In this document: positions 13,178 to 26,762 of the stretch, in pieces | Layout of the letters: each line of letters begins with the position of its first letter | Numbering within the stretch: position 1 is the stretch's first letter | From: Octopus vulgaris | Lineage: Eukaryota | Direction: 5' to 3' | Assembly: GCA_951406725.2 (NCBI GenBank) | Contig: OX597826.1 | Coordinates: 47,554,001 to 47,618,000 of the forward strand | DNA: 64,000 nt | Notes under the pieces: generated by a model | What the model was told of the DNA's origin: nothing | Database searches by the model: none | Seen by the model: the letters and a program-made list of their open reading frames with translations, nothing else | Program-made: the position numbers and the translations under genes

Positions 13178-13545
13178 GAGTACAGGACACCAAAAGGACG
13201 TCGAACACAATGAGAAACGAAAACATAGACACAAACCAAAGGAACTGGACATTTATTTAAAAACAGCAAAAAATAGAGTACAGGACAATTAACACAAAGA
13301 AAAAAACCCCTTCTTCAGTCGCTAAAGGTTTCATCTACTCTACGTTTCGAAGGATAAAAGCGAGACGTATCTTCGACAAGAAAACTTTCCTTCCTGCGCA
13401 AAGCAAATCAATTAAATTTCTGAGATCTTTTCGCAGAGGGGTAAAAAATGGTAACAACAGGACAGTAACGACAGTACAAATTGTAAACAGTAAAAGACAG
13501 GACAAGGAAAAACAAGATAAGAAGGGCTGTTGACGCCGAACGAAA
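13178..13545 (-). mobile_element. Interspersed repeat, probably a Penelope-like pseudo-LTR remnant
   Basis: Homologous blocks with 1-275 and, weakly, 32590-32700; contains TCTTCAG and GTTTCG boxes. Confidence 0.4.
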
Positions 13546-14049
13546 AAAAAATATATATTTAAAAATATTTTGCAATGTGTTGCTTATTGCATGCTTAAAT
13601 GTTTGTGTTTTTAAGCATATTTTGTTCATTCTTAATTTTATATAATATATATATATATATATATAATTTATATATAATATATAATTTTATATATAATATA
13701 TAATATATAATATATAAACATATACACGTTTTGGAACATTGTCATCTTATAAGATTTTGCTGGCAAGTTTTAAAATTAAAATAAACAATTATTTACAAGA
13801 CAGAAAATTGCTGGAGAACTTTCATCTAATTCTTCCAAATCTTTCTGTTAAAACTATATTTGTGGGGGCAAAATTGTAATGTGTTTATCGCATGTAACGT
13901 GTTGTTTATCGCATTTGAATTAAATGTATATTTATATATAAATGCTTGTTTACTCGTTTCTTTATGTCAAGGTGCATTGAGGTAGTTGTGACGTGTGCTA
14001 AAAATAACAGTTAGATAAGATTTGGGGGGATAAATCTTTTAAATTAACA

Positions 14050-14369
14050 TAAACATTTATTTAAATGAAAGAAAATTACCGGTGACATAAAACGTGTTGT
14101 TTACAAATATTGACAACCCGCGTTATTTCAGGATGTTGATGACAAAATGTGCAGTCCCGCACAAAATGACAGCTTCCAAAACCTGTTTCCTGACTGGGTG
14201 ACAATGATCAAAATTTAAACCTCTATAACGTTTTATAAACATTTTTCTGGAAAAAATGAAATAACTCCAGCATTTCAGTTTGGGCGTGTGTATAATAGTG
14301 CCAAATTTTAAAATTTTCGGTAAAGTTTAATTTTTGAAATGCCGGCAGCCAAACTAACTAGGTCCTTTA
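14050..14369. mobile_element. Possible DNA-transposon terminus
   Basis: Ends ...GCCAAATTTTAAAATTTTCGG...AGGTCCTTTA, resembling ends of TTAA/TWA-targeting elements. The partner TIR was not seen. Confidence 0.25.
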
Positions 14370-14371
14370 TT

Positions 14372-14475
14372 TTTTTAAAGCTTCGCCCTAATTCTATCGG
14401 ACGCTTTTGCCAAGGTTCTATGTTCCGGAGGCGTAAAATCACCAAGACCAGTTGTCAAGCATTGGCGGGGCGGAG

Positions 14476-14564
<89 letters not shown>

Positions 14565-14805
14565 ATGTATGTGTGCATGTGTGTGTCTCCGGTAATTTGC
14601 TTTCATTTAAATAAATGCTTGTTTTGTTTATATATATATAAACGACGGGCTTCTTCCAGTTTCCGTCAACCAAATCCATTCACAGGGCTTTGGTCGGCCT
14701 GTGGCTATAGAAAACACTTGCCCAAGATGCTACGCAGTAGGACTGAACCCGTAACCATGTGGTTGGGAAGCAAGCTTCTTACCACACAGCCACGCCTGCG
14801 CCTAT
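14372..14805 (-). mobile_element. SINE family B with internal (CA)n/(TA)n
   Basis: ACGACGGGCTTCTTCCAGTTTCCGTC...GGACTGAACCC...ACCACACAGCCACGCCTGCGCC. Confidence 0.85.
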
Positions 14806-15538
14806 ACAGTTATGTTCTTCAACTACAGCATTAGAGCTTTTTTATTAGCTCTTATTGCTAGCAGTGTAAGTGTTCTAACACCCTAGTCATATTTAGTGAT
14901 AATTATAGCTTTCCTTTTTGGTAACACATTGCATACTGCTGTCTATATGAAATTGTACACACACACGCACGCACACACGACGAACTACCACACTTGCCAT
15001 TTGGCAAATTCGCTCACAAGGCATTGGTCGGTCTGGGGTTATAGTAAAAGACACCTGAGCAAGAAACTTCGCAGTGGAACTGAACCCGAAACCAACTTGT
15101 TTACAAAGTGTGTTTCTTAACTAAACAGCCTTTTCTGCACCTAGGCCTTTTTCCTTTTTCTATATAAAACAGCTCTGTAGCCAAATGAATAAAACCTAAA
15201 GCCTATTTTATCAAAGACCTACTTTATAGTGGTATTTATGTTTTATCAGTCCCCGAGGGTGAATGAAAGTAAAAGTCAAAATCAACTCTGGTGGTAATTG
15301 AACTCATAATGTTATGCTGTTGTGATGGTGGTGGTGGTGGGGAATTAAATGCTGTAAAGCACCTGTTCCAATGCCCCGTGAGGAAAGAAAGCTTTTGGTG
15401 GGAAGAAATGTGGTTTAGTATAAGTTGCCGATACAACGCTTTCTTTAGTTACACATGTTATCATGCAATGACGCTTTTAGTGCTAACAATAACCCGAACA
15501 ACAACCAATCAGGATTCGTACTCTTAATTCCATATATT

Positions 15539-15589
<51 letters not shown>

Positions 15590-15590
15590 G

Positions 15591-15624
<34 letters not shown>

Positions 15625-16311
15625 CGTCGTTGTTGTTGTTGTTGTTTAGGTGGTGGCAACGGTGGCGGCGGTGATGGTGATGGTGGTGGTGGTGGCGGCG
15701 GCGACGGCGACGGTAACGGTGGTTTCTTTTATATGGCGCTGAGGCATAGATGAGCGAAACAACGGAATGTAATAGAGGAAATACGGGTCAGATGTGGAGA
15801 TGATGAACGCTATCAAAATATTTGGGTTAGAGGTGAGGCGAGGCATGATGCGTTGACGAGAAGGTAGAAGGGCTTAATGATAGACCTTCTACGAAAAGTA
15901 ACCGATTGAGCACCAGTGATGTGTGGCGAGTGAATTCTCAAGGACTTCGACTCTTTCCCTCCTCTTCCTTCTCCACCTCCTTCTTCCCGTCGTGTCTGAA
16001 AGAAGAAGGAATTATGAATTAATTTATGAAAACTATTGTTGCAATGTCTGGGTATAGTGTCTAGCCAGTGGGGGATCCAATATACATTGTATTGGCAACT
16101 TAACAAGGATAAAGGCACGCAGGGTGGCTTTATCCTTAACGATATATATTTCGACATAAGCTATTTTTCAGGCTAGACTTTGTCATACTGACTTCACCGC
16201 CCACTATCTCACCTTCTTCCTCACTTTAGGGATGATCTTAAATAGGACCTAATTATGTTAAGGTCATATTAGATGCCGTAGATTTTTCTCTCCGAGATAT
16301 CTCAAATTTTA

Positions 16312-17512
16312 TTCTTTTCTAATCTAGGCACAAGGCTCGAAATTTCGGGGGAGGGGTCCAGTCGATTAGATCGACCACAGTACGCAACTGGTATTTAATT
16401 TATCAACCCCAAAAGGATGAAAGACAAAGTCGACTTCGGTGAAATTTGAACTCAAAAAGTAAAGACAGACGAAATACCGCTAAGCAATCCGGCCGCCGTG
16501 CTAACGTTTCTGCCAGCTAGCCTCCTTGAAACCCATTTCACATTCTTTTCTGCTCTAGGTTCAAGGCACGAAATTTTAGGGGAAGGGGACAGTCGATTAG
16601 ATCGACCCAGTACGCAACTGATACTTAATTTATCGACCCCGTAAAGATGGAAGGCAAAGTCGACCACGGCAGAATTTGAACTCAGAACGTAAAGATAGAC
16701 GAAATACCTATTTCTTTAGTGCCCACTAGGGGCTAAACACAGAGGGGAACAAACAAGGACAAACAAACGGATTAAGTCGATTATATCGACCCCAGTGCGT
16801 AACTGGTACTTATTTAATCGACCCCGAAAGGATGAAAGGCAAAGTCGACCTCGGCGGAATTTGAACTCAGAACGTAGCGGCAGACGAAATACGGCTAAAC
16901 ATTTCGCGCGGTGTGCTAACGTTTCTGCCAGCTCACTGCCTTGAAACCCATTTCATATTCTTTTCTGCTCAAGGCACAAGACCCAAAATTTTAGGGGAAG
17001 GGGACAGTCGATTAGATCGACCCATTACGCAACTGATACTTAATTTATCAACTCCGTAAAGATGGAAGGCAAAGTCGACCTCGGCGGAATTTGAACTCAG
17101 AACGTAAAGACAGACGAAATACCTATTTCTTCATTGCCCACAAGGGGCTAAACACAGAGGGGAACAAACAAGGTCAAACAAAGGGATTAAGTCAATTACA
17201 TCGACCCCAGTGCGTAACTGGTACTTATTTAATCGACCCCGAGAGGATGAAAGGTAAAGTCGACCTCGGCGGAATTTGTACTCAGAACGTAGCAGCAGAC
17301 GAAATATCTATTTCTTTACAACCCATAAGGGGCTAAACACAGAGGGGACAAACAAGGACAGACAAACGGATTAAGTCGGTTACATCGACCCCAGTGCGTA
17401 ACTGGTACTTAATTTATCGAACCCGAAAGGATGAAAAGCAAAGTCGACCTCGGCGGAATTTGAACTCAGAACGTAACGGCTGACGAAATACGGCTACGCA
17501 TTTCGCCCGCCT
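16312..17512 (-). mobile_element. Tandem array of SINE family A units (six cores, two tail types)
   Basis: Repeated ATCGACCCCGAAAGGATGAAAGGCAAAGTCGACCTCGGCGGAATTTGAACTCAGAACG cores. GAAATAnnTATTTC junctions at 16701, 17116 and 17301. Confidence 0.92.
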
Positions 17513-17744
17513 TATTTCCCAAGTTTTATTAAATACGAAATAAATTTTTTTTAATTTAAATCATCCAAATGTGACCTGAGATAAAAAAAATAATAAAGAA
17601 TCTCCAAGTTTTGCTAGAGTATATTTTTGCAGGACGAAATCCGGAAAGGACATGAAAGATGATACGATTTAATACATTATTTTAGAATTAATTTATTTTT
17701 AAGTAGTTATTTTGGCTGTATATTTTTGTTTGTTTTTCTTTTAG

Positions 17745-17996
17745 TTCTTTCAGTCATTCGATTGCGGATATTTTGGGTGGTTAACTCCCTTAGTGGATTT
17801 AGTCAAGCAAATCGATTCCACTACTTATTTCGATAAGCCTGTAACTTATTCTATTGGGCTCTTTTTCATGAACCGCTTTGTTACGTGAACGGAAATAAAC
17901 CAACACCTGTTGTCAAATGATAGCAGTGCACAAGCACAAATATCAACATTGACACAGACACACACACATATAATTTATGCATATGCGTATGCATAT

Positions 17997-18051
<55 letters not shown>

Positions 18052-18545
18052 ATTATATATACTTATACATGCATACATATATATATATATGCAAAAACAT
18101 ATATATTTTTGTGTGTGTGTATATATATATATATATGCAAAAACATATATATTTGTATGTGTGTGTGTGTATATATATATATATATCTTCGTGTCTGTGT
18201 TTGTCCCCCCCCCCACCGCCTATGTCCCGTAATTTAACAATTTGGCCAGAGACCGATGGAATAAGTACCAGGCTTAAAAAATAAGTACTCGGGTCGTCCA
18301 TTCGTCTAGAAATTCAAGGCGATGCCCCAGTATGGCCGCAGTCTAATGACTGAAACAAATAAGAGAATGAAAGAAGATATACATATGTATGTATGTATAT
18401 GTACGGCTTCTTTCAGTTTCTCTTTACCAAGTCCATTCACAAGGGCTTTGGCCATCCCGGAGCAATAATAGAAGATGCATGCCCAAGATGCCATGACGTG
18501 TGCTTGAACTCAGTACCGTGTGGTTGGGAAACAAACATTTTATCA
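17745..18545. mobile_element. Cluster of diverged SINE family B fragments in both orientations
   Basis: Tail on - (17745-17960), tail on + (18190-18365), head on - (18400-18545). Confidence 0.7.
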
Positions 18546-18744
18546 AGGTAAAATTTTTGCTAACAATCGACTCAACTTTGGGTCTGAAAACTTCAGTTTC
18601 CACTTGATTTCTATCCCGAAAATAAAGTGATTGCTAGTGGACATTTCTATGAGGTTGCTGGTTCGTTAGAACCGAAAATTCTACAAGGGACCAGTAAATT
18701 GCATTGTATGTAGGGAACGTTGATTTATGGTGTGTGTATACATA

Positions 18745-18787
<43 letters not shown>

Positions 18788-18826
18788 GTATGTATATGTA
18801 TATGTATGTGTGTATGTGTGTGTGTA

Positions 18827-20061
18827 TTGAGTCATCCCATAAATAATGCGGTTTTTCAATTGTATGAACTAAAAGTCGGAGGAGGACGTGATCTGCATCA
18901 ACTTGCGATAAAAGCAGGTGGTAATCTTACTTTGTGCTTATTCTTAGTGCAAGTTTTGAAGAGTGCAGTTCGATTTTAACAGTTATTTTTTTCAAAGCTA
19001 TAATGGAAGTGACAAAGGAGAATCTTTGGTATATTTTGGGTTTTGAGTTCAATAATGGCAACAACGCAACGGAATGTACGAGGAATATTAATGCAGTATA
19101 TGGGGATCCGACAACAAGCGCAACCCAGTGTCAATGGTGGTTCCAGAAAATTCCGAGCTGGAAACTACAGCCTAAAATACGATCCTCGTCCTGAAAGATC
19201 TGACGAGCTCGACGAGGACGTCCTGCAAACCCTGGTGGAACAAAATTCCATCGTAACTGTTGAGGAACTAGCAGGGAAGCTTGGATTTGGTAATTTAGCC
19301 ATTCATCGATACCTGCGTGCTATCGGAAAAGTCAGCAAATTGGGTCAATGGGTTCCTCACAAACTTCCCGAGTCTAATCCCGCGCAGTGAATGAATGTGT
19401 GCTCTTCTTTGCTGTCACGTCTCACGAATGAACCGTTTTTCGACCAAATAGTGAATGGTGACGAGAGATGCGTTCTCTATAAAAATGTCAAGTGCCGAAG
19501 ACAGTGGGTAGGGAAAGGAAAAACACCAGCACCCTAGGCTAAAGGTCTTCACCCACGTAAGGTGTTGTTATCTGGTTAGTGGGATATGGATGGTTTAGTC
19601 TACTTAAAACTTTTAAACCTAAACCAAACGAGCAGCTTGAGGGACACAAGTCAGCGCTAGTAGAAAAACGACCATCTTTGATTTCAAGACAAAGGATGTT
19701 CTTCCATCAGGATAATACTCGGTCACATACAGCGCGGATGACATTCCAAAGGTTGGAGTAGTTTGAATGGGAAACGATGCCCCACCCACCATATTCGTCA
19801 GACATTGCCCCATCAGATTATCATTTATTCTGCAGTCTTCAAAATCATTTTGATGGAAAAAATATGAATTCTGTAGAAAAGGTCAGAACAGTACTGGAGG
19901 AGTATTTTTCGCCACGGACAAGTGAATTTTGGAAATTCACCAGATAAATGGAAGAGCCTTGTAGAAAATGACGGAGAGTATATTTCGGATTAAAAAAGAA
20001 CTTTATCATATGAAAAACAGAAGAAATATAAAAAAACCGCATTATTTATGGGATGACCCAG
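18827..20061 (+). mobile_element. mariner (DD34D) transposon, near full length, transposase disrupted
   Basis: TIRs TTGAGTCATCCCATAAATAATGCGGTTTTT / AAAAACCGCATTATTTATGGGATGACCCA. MEVTKE start, HTH region, WVPHKL, GDE, HQDN and HPPYS.DIAPSDY motifs, with stops and frameshifts. Confidence 0.96.
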
Positions 20062-20093
20062 AGTTTGAGATATGGTAAAACAGGCGGTTATAC

Positions 20094-20608
20094 ATTTGTC
20101 AATGAATCGTTATCGACATTGACTTAACGAAGAAAGATTAATAGGTTTATTTAAAGGTTATTGATTTGTCAATCGGTCATTATCGATATTGACTTCACGA
20201 AGGGAAGTCAATGGGCTTATTGAAAGATTATTGATCTGTTAGTGGGTCATTATCGATATTGTTTTGACGAAGAAATGTCAATGGGCTTAAGGACAGGTTA
20301 TTCATCTGTCAATCGATCGTTATCGATATTGACTTCACGAAGAAAAGTCAATATGTTTATTGAAAGGTTATTGATCTGTCGATCGATCGGTGTCTATATT
20401 GACATCACGATGAAAAGTCAATGGACCTTTTGAAATGTTACTGATCTATCAGTGGGTCATCATCGATACTGATTTTTAAAAAATGTCATTGGGTTTCATG
20501 AAAGGTTATTAAAGTGTCATTATCGATATTGACTTCACGAAGAATGGTCAATTGGTTTACTGAAAGATCATTGATTTCCCAGTCGATCGTTATCGATATT
20601 GACTTCGC
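20094..20608. repeat. 70-bp minisatellite, about 7.5 diverged copies
   Basis: Unit approximately ATCTGTCAATCGATCGTTATCGATATTGACTTCACGAAGAAAAGTCAATGGGCTTATTGAAAGGTTATTG. TATCGATA at 20181, 20251, 20321, 20521 and 20591. Confidence 0.9.
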
Positions 20609-20813
20609 TTGAAACGGAACTAACAGCGGTAACTTCCGGAGAATTTACGGAAGTGTTATTAGTTTAAATTATATATGAAATATCGATTACTGTGAACTGA
20701 AACACTGTTCCGATTGATTTTTCATATACTATAATAATACTTAACGTTTTGTATATGTAATTGTATGTATTAATACACAAACACACACACACGCGCACAC
20801 TCACACACACACA

Positions 20814-20853
<40 letters not shown>

Positions 20854-20860
20854 GACACGC

Positions 20861-21585
<725 letters not shown>

Positions 21586-21776
21586 CCTTGTATGGAATTA
21601 ATAAACATTTACCATGAAGATAATCAACCCGATGCCCATGGATACTACGGATTACACTGTAATCATCAATGGAATGCGGACTGTGATCTTAAGTGAAATG
21701 TGATTTGTGGAAACGTGTTTAGCGATGCATTGACTGTTTATATATTCCATCCAAGGATTATTGTTATTATTATTAT

Positions 21777-22210
21777 AGGAGTGGCTGTATGGTAAGTAGC
21801 TTGCTTACCAACCACATGGTTCTAGGTTCAGTCCCATGGCGTGGCACCTTGAGCAAGTGTCTTCTACTATAGCCTCGGGCCGACCAGAGCCTTGTGAGTG
21901 GATTTGGTAGACGGAAACTGAAAGAAGCCCATGGTATATATGTATATATATATATGTGTGTGTGTGTGTGTATTTGCGTGTGTGTGTGTGTCTATAGGTT
22001 TGTGTGTCTGTGTTTGTCCCCCCAACATCGCTTGACAACCGATGTTGGTGTGTTTACGTCCCCGTAACTTAGTGGTTCGGCAAAAGAGACCAATAGAATA
22101 AGTACTAGTATTACAAACAATAAGTCCAGGGGTCAATTTGCTCGACTAAAGGCGGTGCTCCAGCATGGCCGCAGTCAAATGACTGAAACAAGTAAAAGAG
22201 TAAAGAGAGT
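21777..22210 (+). mobile_element. SINE family B, full length
   Basis: A box GTGGCTGTATGGTAAG, B box GGTTCAGTCCC, ACCTTGAGCAAGT core-like block, internal microsatellite, GTAAAAGA tail. Confidence 0.92.
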
Positions 22211-22653
22211 AATACTTATCCTGCATTATATCGGTACAGCTCGATGCAACCCCGATAAACTGATCCACCAGTCAGCACCATTAGACTGTAGCCGAAATAA
22301 TAGGATAGGAGCTTTATTTGCATATTCAAAACGTTTCCCCTAAACAAATTTAAAAGATATGTTTGCGCGTGTGTGTGTGTGTGTGTGTGTGCTTACATAT
22401 ATATGCAAATATCAAATCTTATTTTAATGCAAAGAAGGACAACTTGAAAGAGGTTACAGTTTTGTTATATGTGCTATCTTTCGATAACATGGTCCCGATA
22501 TTTGAAATTACCATGTCTGACCCAGGTATCAAGAATCGTTACTTGTATGTAAGTATACATACATACGCACATACATATATGTCTGAGCGAGGCATAAATA
22601 ATAGCAATACGGAATCGTAACATATAATTGTCAACCAAGTGCGCCCTCCTATA

Positions 22654-22915
22654 CGGGACAGCGCTGCTGATGTTTATAGCCCCAGTTTGTTGCTGGAAAA
22701 AGGATATATTATTTTGTGAGCGGGGTAAGTTTACATCAGTAGCTGGTGATTAACGCACGCTGAAACTCGAGAAACTCGAGTCCGTGTGTATCATGTAAGT
22801 CTAGGGATGGGAGCGATGACCTCCCCTTGCAAATACTAATTGGACACAGAATGTGTCGTAAGCCAACTGGAAGAGGTGTCTTCCTGGGGCTATAAACATC
22901 AGTAGCACTGTCCCG
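22654..22915. mobile_element. MITE-like element with 32-bp terminal inverted repeats and TA flanks
   Basis: ta-CGGGACAGCGCTGCTGATGTTTATAGCCCCAG ... CTGGGGCTATAAACATCAGTAGCACTGTCCCG-ta (2 mismatches). Confidence 0.7.
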
Positions 22916-22942
22916 TACAGGATTAAACTATGCACACACAGA

Positions 22943-23013
22943 GCTTGCTCACAAGCCACATGGTTCTGGGTTCAGTCCCACTGAGTGGACCCTTGGGTAA
23001 AGTGCCTTCTTCG

Positions 23014-23086
<73 letters not shown>

Positions 23087-23320
23087 ATATATGAATGTGT
23101 GTGTATATGTTTGTGTGTCTCTGCCCGCCCCCTCAACATCGCTTGACAAGAGATGCTAGTGTGTTTACGTCTCCGTAACTTAGCGGTTCGGCAAAGGGAT
23201 CGATAGACTAAGTACCAGGCTTACAAAGAATAAGTCCTGGGGTCGATCTGCTCGAGTAGAGGTAGTGCTCCAGCATGGCCATCGCAGTCAAATGACTGAA
23301 ACAAGTAAAAGAATAAAAGA
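22943..23320 (+). mobile_element. SINE family B
   Basis: Same head and tail as 21777, with an internal deletion. Confidence 0.88.
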
Positions 23321-23327
23321 CAGAATA

Positions 23328-23735
23328 TTACGCTTTTACGCTTTTACTTGTTTCAGTCATTTGACTGCGGCCATGCTGGAGCACCGCCTTTAGTCGAACA
23401 AATCGACCCCGGGACTTATTCTTTGTAAGCCCAGTACTTATTCTATCGGTCTCTTTTGCCGAACCGCTAAGTGACGGGGAGATAAACACACCAGCATCGG
23501 TTGTCAAGCAATGCTAGGGGGACAAACACAAGCACACAAACACATACACACACACACACACATACATATATATACATATATACGACAGGCTTCTTTCAGT
23601 TTCTGTCTACCAAATCCACTCACAAGGCATTGGTCGGCCCGGGGCTATAGCAGAAGACACTTGCCCAAGATTCCACGCAGTGGGACTGAACATAGAACCA
23701 TGTGGCTGGTTAGCAAGCTACTTACCACACAGCCA
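23328..23735 (-). mobile_element. SINE family B, tail-to-tail with the previous copy
   Basis: CTTTTACTTGTTTCAGTCATTTGACTGCGGCCATGCTGGAGCACCGCC...CTTACCACACAGCCA. Confidence 0.92.
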
Positions 23736-24026
23736 TATATATATCGAATTTACAACGCGAAGAGTGTGTAGAGTCCATTTTCTCGGCACCAGTTCTGCAC
23801 TCTGCACTTATCATTCTACTAGCTTCTCGATAGCCATTCCTCCTAGATTAAATCAGTCAAGCACAAAACTAACTACAACTTCTCACGCTGGGTTTGAAAC
23901 CGCAAATACGTAGTTGCGAAGCAACTTTCCTAACTACACAAGCACGCTTTGGATGCCATTGTTGTGGCCTTAAAAATATGTTAATGTTCTTGTCGCCATT
24001 GTTATTAAGGATCGTTCCGTCGTGGC

Positions 24027-24061
<35 letters not shown>

Positions 24062-24230
24062 TATATACATCGTAATCCAGTTAGATATATATGTGATTTA
24101 AAACCCTGTTCTTGCTAAACGCATTTCTTTTCTTCAGATTGTTTAAAGAGCAGAAAGAGTATTTTTTGAGTTTCCTTTCTTTTCTTTTTCATGACTTTAT
24201 CATTAGTTTTCTTTTTTCATATATTTACAG

Positions 24231-24261
<31 letters not shown>

Positions 24262-24434
24262 CATCTTTATTATTGTAACTTACTTTGCATTCTATGATAA
24301 GCTTGTTAAACCTTCCTTCTCTGCCTCCACCCGTTCCTTATGATAAGTAAAACTATTGTCACCTACTCCAGCACACACACACACAGACACGCACGTACAC
24401 ACACACGCATATATACATACATACATACACATAT

Positions 24435-24490
<56 letters not shown>

Positions 24491-25273
24491 TTAAGTACCT
24501 ACTACGCAAGTACAGACTCACACACATACACACACATATTCGTACACACAGAGCACATTTACACAAACACCCATATGCAAACATAAGCTAAGTCTAAACC
24601 TGTTCCTCTATTTCCACCCCACCCGATCCGAACCCTTCCTCCCTCCTATCCTTCCTGTAACACCAACAAGTTTAAAAAGTGATGCATTTTGTACTAAAAA
24701 TATCAGGTCATTTTCTATAAATCACAACCAACGTAAAAGATTGTCTTAAAAACAGGTCTGGGGTACCAACATGGTGTGTAGCGGGGGTACTATTTGAGGC
24801 GATGGAAATAAGTATATTAACAAAGGAAAAACCCCCTTTTCTTTATACACAAAAAAGTGTGAGTGTGTGAGTGAGTATGTGTGTGTATGTGTGTGTGAGT
24901 GGGGGCACGTGTGTGTGTATGTAATTGTATATATGTTTTTGGGCGAGCGGGTGAAGTTGTTGTTGTTATTGTTGGGGGTGGAGGTGTTGCTGGTGCTTGT
25001 TAGCTGACAGGTGTCCATACGGATATATATGTATGTATGTTTTATACGAGTATATGTATACATGTATAGGCATGCATGTATGTGTAGGGCATGTTCGTCT
25101 ATGAATTTGTAGACAAGCATGTTGGTGTCTGCGTATATGTATATATATATGTGGGTAAGAGGAGTGTCTGTGTATGTGCATGTGTGTGTGTATACGCATG
25201 CATGAATGTATATATGTTCAATGCGTGTATGTATGCAAGTATGTATGTATACACACATTTGCATATAAATGTT

Positions 25274-25305
<32 letters not shown>

Positions 25306-25350
25306 AACGTATATATACATATATATATATATATATACAAACACATATAC

Positions 25351-25383
<33 letters not shown>

Positions 25384-25484
25384 CATCCATATATATATAT
25401 ATGCACAAACATTTATATATACATCTACATACACATATTCAGATGCGCGCGTACACGCACACACACATGAGTCGTGTGAGTGTG

Positions 25485-25609
<125 letters not shown>

Positions 25610-26345
25610 ATGTGTTATCTTATTTACATTCGTTAAAAGCTCTTCTGAAAAAAGACAAAAAAAGACGAAGCAAAGCATACGGAAAAAGAAAAAAATACAA
25701 AGAAAAACAAAAGTAAAAAAAGGTGTTAAACAATGGTATTGAAGCATCTAGAAGATTTATAATGTACAATAAGGTTTGGTAAATAGTCTACCACCACCAT
25801 TACCTCACCACTCAACTACCGTATCACTAACCTATGCATATAATCACACATTAACTTATGAACATGGGCAACACCGTCGTCACCAACCTAACCACGAGCA
25901 CCACCAGCGATAACAACAGCTAAAGCATTAATATCTCCCTACTTATAAACATTACCACCAAGTCTAGCAAGATTAGCACCGGGAACACCACTACCATCAC
26001 CACCACAAGTACCGGTAAGACCATCACCACCGTAATAAGATTGATATCACCGCCATCACCAGCAAGACTAGTACCACCACCAGCCCCACCACCACCAGCT
26101 CCACCACTACCAGCCCCACCACCACCACCAGCCCCACCACCGCCAGCCTCATGATTGGAACCACGAATATAATCCACAACCATCGCGAAAACTAGTACCA
26201 TCACCTTCAAAACTAGTACTGCCACCAACACCACCAGTGCCACCATCACTAAAATTAGTACCACTACCTACACCAACACCACGATCATCACCATTACGAC
26301 CATCACCAAAACTAGTACCACCACGAAAACTAGTAACAGCAAAAC

Positions 26346-26762
26346 TTATTTCTTTACTACCCACAAGGGGCTAAACACAGAGAGGACAAACAAGGACAGA
26401 CAAACGGATTAAGTCGATTATATCGACTCCAGTGCGTATCTGGTACTTATTTAATCGACCCCGAAAGGATGAAAAGCAAAGTCGACCTCGGCAGAACTTG
26501 AACTCAGAACGTAACGGCAGACGAAATACCTATTTCTTTACTACCCACAAGGGGCTAAACACTGAGAGGACACACAAGGACAGACAAACGGATTAAGTCG
26601 ATTATGTCGACTCCAGCGCGTAACTGGTACTTATTTAATCGACTCCGAAAGGATGAAAGGCAAAGTCGACCACAGCGGAATTTGAACTCAGAGCGTAGCG
26701 GCAGACGAAACATGGCTACGCATTCGCCCGGCGTGCTAACGTTTCTGCCAGCTCGCCGCCTT
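26346..26762 (-). mobile_element. SINE family A head-to-tail dimer with a single TSD
   Basis: Two units of about 184 bp, junction at 26523-26536. Direct repeat CAGCAAAAC at 26337-26345 and 26763-26771. Confidence 0.92.

Noticed and set aside
20094-20608. CRISPR-like regular palindromic repeats
   Set aside because: The intervening parts are homologous to each other, so this is a minisatellite.
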